Shown in pieces: positions 8,570-15,543 of a stretch of DNA of 64,000 nucleotides (the first letter of the stretch is position 1; each line of letters begins with the position of its first letter). Both the position numbers and the translations under genes were made by a program. The DNA is from Bacillota bacterium (lineage in GTDB: Bacteria; Patescibacteriota; Patescibacteriia; Patescibacteriales; UBA12465): positions 7,329 to 71,328 of the forward strand of contig JBLNBA010000001.1 in the NCBI GenBank assembly GCA_050259635.1, given 5' to 3'. The notes under the pieces were generated by a model. The model did no database searches. It saw only the letters and a program-made list of their open reading frames with translations, and was not told the DNA's origin.

Positions 8570-9385
8570 ATGGAAAGAAGCAACCACAAAGTCTTTTCTT
8601 CCCAGACGGGAATAATGAGCTACGAAGTTTCCGGTAGCGGCCGTCCGATTCTGGTCATTCATGGTTCCGGCGGCGGAAGCGACCAAGGCATCCTCATTGC
8701 CGAACGCCTGCTGCCCCTCGGGAAAGCCCTCTGCCCGTCTCGATTCGGTTACCTCGACAGTGCTTTACCGAAAAAAGCGGATAGCGAAGCTCAAGCCGAC
8801 GCCTACCTCGATCTTCTGAGAGAGGAAAATGTCCGAACAGTGGATGTTGTCGCCTATTCTGCCGGCGGCCCTTCCGCCGTAGAATTCGCGCGCCGTTATC
8901 CCGACTACTGCCGCAGTCTCATCCTTATTTCCGCCGTAAGCACGCCAAGCCTGGAAAAAGGCCTGAAAGCTAAACTAGCCTTTTCGCAACTAAAAGATCG
9001 GACGGTAATATCTGGTTTTCTGCATTCTCTGGGCGTTCCCAAGGAAATCAGCCCGCAACCGAAGGAAGAAGATGAGCATTTTTTACAATTCAGCCTTAGG
9101 AGCCTAAAACAATTCAAATTGCGTTTAAAAGGTTACTTAGCCGACAAAAACATGCTTCCTCTTCCTGATATTGCTTATCAAGAAATATCTTGCCCGGTCT
9201 TAATCATCCATGCCGCTGATGATAAGGTTGTCTCCATCGATAATGCTCAGTATACCCAAAGATTGGTTCCTAATTCCGAAAGCTATATCCTTCCCGAAGG
9301 AGGGCATTTGCTTTTTACCCAGCATTCGAAAATCAAAGATCGGATCGCCCGTTTTTGGAATCTGTCCAAAACGGGAGAAGCTTAA
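8570..9385 (+). CDS. alpha/beta-fold hydrolase
   Basis: ILVIHGSGGG near the N-terminus, nucleophile-elbow-like VVAYSAGG, and C-terminal EGGHLLF His motif. Confidence 0.7.
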   Translation: MERSNHKVFSSQTGIMSYEVSGSGRPILVIHGSGGGSDQGILIAERLLPLGKALCPSRFGYLDSALPKKADSEAQADAYLDLLREENVRTVDVVAYSAGGPSAVEFARRYPDYCRSLILISAVSTPSLEKGLKAKLAFSQLKDRTVISGFLHSLGVPKEISPQPKEEDEHFLQFSLRSLKQFKLRLKGYLADKNMLPLPDIAYQEISCPVLIIHAADDKVVSIDNAQYTQRLVPNSESYILPEGGHLLFTQHSKIKDRIARFWNLSKTGEA

Positions 9386-9401
9386 CAAACGCATCAATTC
9401 G

Positions 9402-9410
9402 TGCTATAAT
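9402..9410 (+). promoter_or_regulatory. extended -10 promoter TGCTATAAT
   Basis: Exact TGnTATAAT 40 nt upstream of the bcp ATG at 9450. Confidence 0.45.
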
Positions 9411-9449
9411 ACCTGGACTAATTTGTCCTTGAATAATAACACGAACCAT

Positions 9450-9899
9450 ATGCTTCAAATCGGAACCCCAGCGCCGGACTTCAAGGCGCCAGACCAGCAC
9501 GGGCAGGTCCAGACCTTGTCCCAGTACCGCGGCTCATGGGTCCTGCTTTACTTCTACCCTCGAGACAACACCCCCGGTTGTACCGAAGAGGCCTGCCGTC
9601 TCCGCGACAACCACCCGAGTTTCGAGAAATTGGATGCCATTGTGTTAGGCGTGAGCACAGATTCTGTACAAAGCCATGCCAGCTTCTCATCCCAACATGG
9701 CTTGCCTTTTACCATCATTTCCGATTCCGAAGAAAAGATCGTCAAAGAATACGGAGCAGATGGTTCGGCAAGGCGAATCTCATATCTCATTGATCCGGAA
9801 GGTAATATCGCTAAGATCTATCCCAGCGTAAAGCCCTCTAAGCATGCAGCTGAGGTTCTCGAGGACTTGGCCACCTTACAAAAAGATCGAGCAAATTAA
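9450..9899 (+). CDS. bcp: peroxiredoxin, Bcp type
   Basis: MLQIGTPAPDFKAPDQHG...LLYFYPRDNTPGCTEEAC matches the Bcp active-site region. Start moved to the internal ATG (aa 81 of ORF 9210) because the upstream part overlaps the hydrolase gene and the promoter. Confidence 0.85.
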   Translation: MLQIGTPAPDFKAPDQHGQVQTLSQYRGSWVLLYFYPRDNTPGCTEEACRLRDNHPSFEKLDAIVLGVSTDSVQSHASFSSQHGLPFTIISDSEEKIVKEYGADGSARRISYLIDPEGNIAKIYPSVKPSKHAAEVLEDLATLQKDRAN

Positions 9900-9922
9900 A
9901 TTAACATACACCGTAGGAGGCG

Positions 9923-10504
9923 GTGATAGCCACTAAGTATATGAAGGAGTACGAATTCTTCAAGGCTGCCGAAAAAGGCACTAAGATTAATGAGTCCGAA
10001 GACAGGGATAATCTTCAATCTCGTGATAGAGAGAAGGATGAAGATGAACTCTTTGTTGAGAAGAATGATCCCCGTAAACATTACACGACCATTGATGATA
10101 TTGCTGATAATTCATATCTGAACTATGGCGAGGAACCCGAACCCGAGCCTGAAGTCCCCGAAGAAGAACCGGATGAAAGGATCATCATGTCAGACGAGCC
10201 GATAATTACTGATATCAGCAATGAAGCCGGCCTGATAGGTGCGGCCCATGCCGACGGTAAATCGGTTCTCATCAATCGTGAAAAGGGAGATCCTCTCGAT
10301 CATCTAGAGATAGACGATGATGGGCTCCAAGAAAAATACGCTCCCGTAAGTGAAGAGATCCAACGCAAGTATCAGCCGCAAAAAGAAAATAGATACCAGA
10401 ATGTCAACGAAAGCCACCACGGCGATAATCTTAAAACCCTGACCTCAAGCAAACAGGAAAGATCACTGAGAGGCAAAATCAGGCAGCTGTTCAAGAGCCT
10501 ATAA
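9923..10504 (+). CDS. hypothetical acidic protein (193 aa)
   Basis: ORF with an E/D/P-rich segment (EEPEPEPEVPEEEPDE). AGGAGG at 9915-9920. The start (GTG 9923 or ATG 9941) is uncertain. Confidence 0.45.
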   Translation: MIATKYMKEYEFFKAAEKGTKINESEDRDNLQSRDREKDEDELFVEKNDPRKHYTTIDDIADNSYLNYGEEPEPEPEVPEEEPDERIIMSDEPIITDISNEAGLIGAAHADGKSVLINREKGDPLDHLEIDDDGLQEKYAPVSEEIQRKYQPQKENRYQNVNESHHGDNLKTLTSSKQERSLRGKIRQLFKSL

Positions 10505-10568
10505 TACAGTTTTTCCTAATGTTATATTAAAAAATTCCCATAACGACTATTGCAAAAAACTGTTTTTT

Positions 10569-10577
10569 TGCTATAAT
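10569..10577 (+). promoter_or_regulatory. extended -10 promoter TGCTATAAT
   Basis: TGCTATAAT is followed by GACAGTAAT. The 15-mer TATAATGACAGTAAT is identical to 18870-18884. Confidence 0.45.
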
Positions 10578-10626
10578 GACAGTAATGGAACCGCGAGGTT
10601 TTATTTATTTTACTAGAGAGAAGTAT

Positions 10627-11019
10627 ATGGAAAAGAAGACCAATTCGATTGATATCAAAATCGTCACAGAGATCAAACAAGAACTGCTAACTCGTAAGCA
10701 GGAAATTTTAGATATATTAGCCGATATCGCTAAATCCGACCCCCACGAAGCAGATAAGATGGGTTCTAAGTTTCCGGAATATGGCAGCAAGCCCGACGAG
10801 AATGCCCAAGAAATCAGCGACTATACCGCTACTTCTGCCACTGAAAAAGTATTGGAAAAAACCTTAGCTGATATCGAAGGCGCCTTGAAACGCATTGAAA
10901 ACGGGACTTATGGCATCTGTAAGTATTGCGGACAACCGATTGCCATCAAAAGACTCCAGGCTCGTCCGGTAGCCAGCGCCTGTATCTCTTGCAAGACAGA
11001 ATTGCAGGAAAATGACTGA
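10627..11019 (+). CDS. DksA/TraR-family C4 zinc-finger protein
   Basis: C-terminal CKYCGQPIAIKRLQARPVASACISC is the CxxC-N17-CxxC DksA/TraR finger. The ORF-track start at 10576 lies inside the -10 box, so the ATG at 10627 was chosen. Confidence 0.7.
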   Translation: MEKKTNSIDIKIVTEIKQELLTRKQEILDILADIAKSDPHEADKMGSKFPEYGSKPDENAQEISDYTATSATEKVLEKTLADIEGALKRIENGTYGICKYCGQPIAIKRLQARPVASACISCKTELQEND

Positions 11020-11524
11020 CTTTAGCAAAAAATATTGGAATTTTTGGAACATAGCTGGGTACACTGCCTTAGCTATGTTTTTTATTGCCGACCGCCTTCT
11101 CAAGACTGCAGCCGTCAAGCAAGGATATGGCGGTTATATGGAACTCGTTGGAGGATTACTGAGGTTCCGTCTCAGCCCCAATAGCGGGCTCGCTTTTTCC
11201 ATAAACAGCGGCCTTCCTGGCCTAACCTGGCTTATTTCCGGGGTCATTTTAGCCCTTTTAATTTATCTTTCTTATTTAATAATAAATAAAAAGAATCAGA
11301 GACACCTCCTTCTACCCTTGACATTTATTATAATAGGTGCTATAAGTAATGTACTAGATCGCATTCTTTTCGGAGCTGTTATCGACTACCTAGATGTCGC
11401 CAACCTCACGGTCTTGAACCTATCTGATGTCTTAATAACCATCGGATTAATCGTCTTGTTCATTCAACAAACAACGTCCAATCATGCAGACACTCATAGC
11501 GAAAAAACTAACGCTAAAGGGTAA
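11012..11524 (+). CDS. lspA: lipoprotein signal peptidase (signal peptidase II)
   Basis: Four hydrophobic segments and the NVLDRILFGAVIDYLDV motif typical of LspA. Confidence 0.8.
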   Translation: MTDFSKKYWNFWNIAGYTALAMFFIADRLLKTAAVKQGYGGYMELVGGLLRFRLSPNSGLAFSINSGLPGLTWLISGVILALLIYLSYLIINKKNQRHLLLPLTFIIIGAISNVLDRILFGAVIDYLDVANLTVLNLSDVLITIGLIVLFIQQTTSNHADTHSEKTNAKG

Positions 11525-11801
11525 AAAGGAAACCTTAGAACTCGCAGGTAAAGTCGCTGATCATTATTTCAAAAAATTCTCGACTAAGTTATTCGATGAA
11601 GAAGAAACTGAAAATGATCAGTCAGAGTTCATGAATTTATTAAAAAGCGGGAAAGACATAGTCCTCTTAGATCCTATCTTAAGCGATTCTGAAAGAACAG
11701 AGATTAATTCTCTGACAGATAAAGCATTCATAGGCCTCCTCAGAGAAGTTAGCCTAAACTTCCTCAGGATGGATAAGAGCCTCTCTTCTCATCTTCGCTG
11801 A
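11484..11801 (+). CDS. hypothetical protein (105 aa)
   Basis: ORF only. Overlaps the lspA end by 41 nt, so the true start may be later. Confidence 0.3.
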   Translation: MQTLIAKKLTLKGKKETLELAGKVADHYFKKFSTKLFDEEETENDQSEFMNLLKSGKDIVLLDPILSDSERTEINSLTDKAFIGLLREVSLNFLRMDKSLSSHLR

Positions 11802-11802
11802 C

Positions 11803-11841
11803 AAAAAAAGTCCCCTTCATTGATTTGAAGGGGACATTTTT
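11803..11841. terminator. bidirectional intrinsic terminator
   Basis: gtccccttca / tgaaggggac 10-bp stem flanked by an A-run and a T-run, between convergent genes. Confidence 0.65.
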
Positions 11842-11851
11842 ATTTTCTCGC

Positions 11852-12631
11852 TTAGGCCGCTTTTCTTAATTCTGCCTCCGCCTCCTTTACCGAGGTCTCA
11901 AGTGCAGTCATATCTGAGTAAAGCTGCATCGCCCAAGAAGCGATGTATTTTCTTTCCGCGTCCGGCTCCCGTGGTATGGCTTTGAAGTCGATGAAAGCCC
12001 CGGCCGAATAAGGGAATTTATAATATTCATGTTCCGCCAAGGCGGCCGCCAGATCAGATTGGGACAAGCCTTCCCGATCCTTGAATTGTGATTCCTCGGA
12101 CAGGCGTCTTTCCTCCGGATATTCGGCATTAAAGGTAATATTTACCATCCGGGCCGCAATCTTTATGTCGCCAATTAGCTTGTTATGATACCTTCGCCTG
12201 GATTCTTCCGATTCTATCTGGCTATCTAAAAACTTCTGTTGGTCTACTTCTTCCGAGCGACGCATCGTCATCATGTAATTTACGGAACCGATATAATTGC
12301 GGATATCTTCATGAATATTCTTGAGCATGCTAAGGATCGCCTTTTTCCTCTCCTCAAAAATCTTCAACTCCCTCATATCACCGGCCGCTTCCGACTTGAG
12401 AGATGAATCTTTTATGATCTCTACCGTTTTGATGAAATTTTTTCCGGCCGAACTGATGATTTCGTGCTTTTCAATTTTAGCTTCACCTACCAAAGCTTCC
12501 TGATCATCCGTTTTCTCTTGATCGTCTTTTAACATCTCATCGATTTCTGCTTTCTCGGGCCTGCCCTCGTTATAGAGATCAGGATTTTTAAACATGTCCC
12601 TGAATTGTTTCAAAGGCGATTCAAATTTCAT
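11852..12631 (-). CDS. hypothetical protein (259 aa), co-transcribed with tsaE
   Basis: 4-nt overlap with the tsaE stop. Charged, helical-looking sequence with no recognised family. Confidence 0.55.
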   Translation of the reverse strand: MKFESPLKQFRDMFKNPDLYNEGRPEKAEIDEMLKDDQEKTDDQEALVGEAKIEKHEIISSAGKNFIKTVEIIKDSSLKSEAAGDMRELKIFEERKKAILSMLKNIHEDIRNYIGSVNYMMTMRRSEEVDQQKFLDSQIESEESRRRYHNKLIGDIKIAARMVNITFNAEYPEERRLSEESQFKDREGLSQSDLAAALAEHEYYKFPYSAGAFIDFKAIPREPDAERKYIASWAMQLYSDMTALETSVKEAEAELRKAA

Positions 12632-13077
12632 ATTTTTGAAATATTAATAATCCTTTCCTCGACCGACACTGCCTCGATCCTGACCTTAATCAGATCGCCG
12701 CTACCGATAATTTCTTCAGCTTTTTCTGCCCACTCGATAGCACAGACAACATCCTTGGCACTGATATAATCGAGAGCGCCGATTTCCCTTAATTCGGAGG
12801 TTGAAGTCAGACGGTATGTATCAATATGGCAAAACCGCCGGATGGCTCCGGTTTTAATCTCATAAATATTCATGATCGAGAAGGTAGGGCTGTTTACGAT
12901 CTGTTTTACCCCTAAGCCTTCTGCTAAGCCCTGCACAAAAGCTGTTTTACCCGCACCTAAATCTCCGTAAAGTGCGATTACTTCGCCGCCCTGGAGAGAA
13001 GGCGCCAGCTCACGGGCAATAGCCTTCGTTTCTTCGGTTGATCGGCTTTTGTAACTCTTATAATCCATATTATCCAT
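12628..13077 (-). CDS. tsaE: tRNA threonylcarbamoyladenosine (t6A) biosynthesis ATPase TsaE
   Basis: [19 protein letters not shown] (P-loop), then [12 protein letters not shown] and HIDTYRL, all typical of TsaE/YjeE. Confidence 0.85.
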   Translation of the reverse strand: MDNMDYKSYKSRSTEETKAIARELAPSLQGGEVIALYGDLGAGKTAFVQGLAEGLGVKQIVNSPTFSIMNIYEIKTGAIRRFCHIDTYRLTSTSELREIGALDYISAKDVVCAIEWAEKAEEIIGSGDLIKVRIEAVSVEERIINISKI

Positions 13078-13106
13078 TTTATCCTACCCCCTGCTTATGT
13101 AAAGCC

Positions 13107-13150
13107 TTGACAAGATGACGGGAAAGGATTATAATTAGATATATATCTAA
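13107..13150 (+). promoter_or_regulatory. consensus sigma70-type promoter (TTGACA-17-TATAAT) with an abutting perfect 16-bp palindrome (probable ArsR-type operator)
   Basis: TTGACA at 13107-13112 and TATAAT at 13130-13135. TTAGATATATATCTAA at 13135-13150 covers the expected transcription start. Confidence 0.6.
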
Positions 13151-13160
13151 ATATAAAAAT

Positions 13161-13433
13161 ATGTCCCTCAGCGATACCTTTTCCGCTCTCGCCGATCCGA
13201 ACCGCCAAGCAATCCTTGATGCTCTAAGAAAAGAGGAGCTGCCGGTATCAGCCATTGCCGAAAATCTCAGCATTACCCTCCCTACGCTCTCCCATCACTT
13301 GGATATCCTCAAGCGTACAGGCCTGGTAAGTTCCAGGAGATCCGGCAGGCAGATATTCTATAGCCTGAACATGAGCGTTCTCGAAGAGATAAGCGAAGCG
13401 CTAATAAAATTCATCGGACCAAAAAAGAAATAA
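13161..13433 (+). CDS. ArsR/SmtB-family transcriptional regulator (SdpR-like)
   Basis: FSALADPNRQAILDAL...VSAIAENLSITLPTLSHHLDILKRTGLV is the ArsR winged-helix signature. Confidence 0.85.
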   Translation: MSLSDTFSALADPNRQAILDALRKEELPVSAIAENLSITLPTLSHHLDILKRTGLVSSRRSGRQIFYSLNMSVLEEISEALIKFIGPKKK

Positions 13434-13440
13434 TAATAAT

Positions 13441-14100
13441 ATGCCAAAGATCACAATGAAAACAGAATGGCGAGCTCTTCTCATTCTCGCCGCCGCTATC
13501 GGACTTAGTGCTTGGGCCTATCCCCAGCTTCCGGAAACTGTCGCTTCCCACTGGAACTTCCAGGGGAACGTCGACGGTTGGACCAATAAGACCTTCCACT
13601 CATTGTTTTTCCCCGGCCTTCTTATTTTTATCTATGTTTTACTCCTTGTAACCCCCTATCTCGACCCGAGAAAAGAAAGGTATGCGGAATTTACGGGCGT
13701 TTACCAGTTAATTCGCGACTCCATCCTCTTTGTAATGGCTTCCGTCTTTGCCATCGCTACCTTTTTTAATCTCGGTTATGATATAAATGTCGGTAAGACG
13801 GTCGCCTTCCTCATCGGCTTGCTCTTCATTGTCCTGGGCAACTACTTCGGCAAGATAAAGCGCAATTGGTTCGTGGGTATCAAGACCCCTTGGACCCTGT
13901 CTTCGGAAAATATTTGGAATAAGACCCACCGGCTCGGTGGCCGCCTCTTCATGGTTTGGGGATTGCTCATGATACTTGCTCCCTGGCTTACTTTCCAGTG
14001 GGGCATGCTCATAGTACTTGGCGGCGTAATCGCCCTGGTCATCGGGGTGTATGCCTATTCATACGTATTGTATAAGAAGGAAAAAAGGGAAGTAAAATAA
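13441..14100 (+). CDS. SdpI/YhfL-family membrane protein (DUF1648 + SdpI domains)
   Basis: HWNFQGNVDGWTNK (DUF1648-like) and KRNWFVGIKTPWTLSSENIWNKTHR (SdpI-like), with multiple TM helices. Confidence 0.7.
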   Translation: MPKITMKTEWRALLILAAAIGLSAWAYPQLPETVASHWNFQGNVDGWTNKTFHSLFFPGLLIFIYVLLLVTPYLDPRKERYAEFTGVYQLIRDSILFVMASVFAIATFFNLGYDINVGKTVAFLIGLLFIVLGNYFGKIKRNWFVGIKTPWTLSSENIWNKTHRLGGRLFMVWGLLMILAPWLTFQWGMLIVLGGVIALVIGVYAYSYVLYKKEKREVK

Positions 14101-14143
14101 AAAAAGGAAGCGTTTTCCTCACCCTAATAATTCTAATAAAAAA

Positions 14144-14165
14144 ACAGGCCGAAAGCCTGTTTTTA
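14144..14165 (+). terminator. intrinsic terminator
   Basis: acaggc-cgaaa-gcctgt hairpin followed by TTTT. Confidence 0.55.
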
Positions 14166-14167
14166 TG

Positions 14168-14241
14168 TGGGCGCACAAGGATTCGAACCCTGGACCCCTT
14201 CGGTGTAAACGAAGTGCTCTAACCAGCTGAGCTATGCGCCC
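14168..14241 (-). tRNA. tRNA-Val (anticodon TAC)
   Basis: Reverse complement GGGCGCATAGCTCAGCTGGTTAGAGCACTTCGTTTACACCGAAGG..GGTTCGAATCC folds as a cloverleaf. Anticodon loop is TTTACAC. Confidence 0.9.
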
Positions 14242-14251
14242 CAATCGATGC

Positions 14252-14338
14252 TGGTGGGCGAAAGAGGATTTGAACCTCCACGGCATTGCTGCCACAAGCC
14301 CCTCAAGCTTGCGTGTCTACCAATTTCACCATCCGCCC
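14252..14338 (-). tRNA. tRNA-Leu (anticodon GAG), long variable arm, CCA encoded
   Basis: Reverse complement GGGCGGATGGTGAAATTGGTAGACACGCAAGCTTGAGGGGCTTG...GGTTCAAATCC...CACCA. Anticodon loop is TTGAGGG. Confidence 0.9.
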
Positions 14339-14390
14339 CTCTATAAAGGGGCTTACGCCCCCTTATGTGTATGAAAATTAATATCCTGAC

Positions 14391-14762
14391 TTAGCGGACA
14401 ACCTTTTCCTTCAAGCGCTTCTTATAGCCCTTCTTAAGGAAATAGAGTTTCGCGCGGCGCACTTCAGCAATCTTCTTCACTTCGATCTTAGTGATAGTGG
14501 GAAGATTAAGCGGGAAGATCTTTTCTACGCCAATGCCATCGGAAACCTTACGGACAGTGATAGTGCCGCCTTTTTCCTTATTATGCTTGCGCGCGATAAT
14601 CATTCCTTCGAAGTATTGGATACGCTCCTTTTCTTCTCCCTTGGAATTAAGTTCTTTGATCTTCTGGTGGATGCGGACCGTCATGCCCGGCTTGAGGTCG
14701 ACTTCGGCCTTTTTCTCCTCCTTCGATTCGGTTTTCTTTTCTGCCATATCGTTATTTATCAA
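14391..14762 (-). CDS. rplS: 50S ribosomal protein L19
   Basis: [12 protein letters not shown]...[15 protein letters not shown]...[23 protein letters not shown] matches the conserved L19 core. Confidence 0.9.
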   Translation of the reverse strand: MINNDMAEKKTESKEEKKAEVDLKPGMTVRIHQKIKELNSKGEEKERIQYFEGMIIARKHNKEKGGTITVRKVSDGIGVEKIFPLNLPTITKIEVKKIAEVRRAKLYFLKKGYKKRLKEKVVR

Positions 14763-14825
14763 AACTAGAAACGAGATGGTCCCATCCCGTTTGGTTTCTC
14801 TTTCTAAGTATGTCTAATATTATAA

Positions 14826-15395
14826 TCAAACTTGAGGCTTGTCAAGGCGGCTTCTGATGAAAGCGTATACTTGCTGGAAGACTTCTTCTTGGCTAATGTT
14901 AGTTGTGTCAAGAACATAATCAAAATTGGAGCGGTCGTGGACATCAAGGCCATAATACTTCTCATAGCGGAGCCGGTCACTTGCAGTCCGTCTGATCAAA
15001 CTATCTTTTACCGCCTCCTCGCTATTTAGGCCATCCGCTTCATTTCTCGAGTTATTTTGTTTAAGATGAGCGAAAATTCGCTTAGCCCCTTCATCCAAAT
15101 CAACGTCCAAATAAATCTTTAGGGAGTGAGGAATTAGGAAATAGGAAGTTCGCCCTTCAATAATGAAGTTATCGCCATCCTTGCCCAGCTCCCGTTGATA
15201 TTCGTCCACTTCCCGGTCAGTCACCGGATCAGTCTCGCCCAAGCGATTGTAGTCCTCAAGAGTCATTCCCCGGCGTGCTGCCGCCTCCCGGCGCAGGCCG
15301 CCGATATAATATCTTGGCCATCCAAGCTCCCGGGATAGCCGTTCCGCGAAACTAGATTTTCCCGATCCTTGGGCGCCACTGATAGAAATAATCAT
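14826..15395 (-). CDS. cytidylate kinase-like (AAA/NMP kinase family) protein
   Basis: MIISISGAQGSGKSS P-loop and overall similarity to short CMP kinase-family proteins. Confidence 0.65.
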   Translation of the reverse strand: MIISISGAQGSGKSSFAERLSRELGWPRYYIGGLRREAAARRGMTLEDYNRLGETDPVTDREVDEYQRELGKDGDNFIIEGRTSYFLIPHSLKIYLDVDLDEGAKRIFAHLKQNNSRNEADGLNSEEAVKDSLIRRTASDRLRYEKYYGLDVHDRSNFDYVLDTTNISQEEVFQQVYAFIRSRLDKPQV

Positions 15396-15543
15396 ATTAT
15401 AGATAAATGCGGGAAACCTTAGTATAATTCACAAACCATCCATTTTGAATTATGTTCCGATTATACTATAATAATACCATATTTATAAGGCCGCAAGCAG
15501 ATAATCCGCTCGCCCGCCATAATGTCGCGTCTACGCGTTTTTT

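Noticed and set aside
9210-9449. N-terminal 80-aa extension of the bcp ORF
   Set aside because: It overlaps the 3' end of the alpha/beta hydrolase gene and contains the TGCTATAAT promoter at 9402. The peroxiredoxin homology begins at the internal Met (9450).
10576-10626. ORF-track starts 'MTV...' at 10576 and 18874
   Set aside because: In both cases the ATG is formed by the last bases of the TATAAT -10 box (TATAATGACAGTAAT), so it cannot be in the transcript. Downstream Met codons give sensible N-termini: the DksA-like start at 10627 and the lipoprotein signal at 18925.
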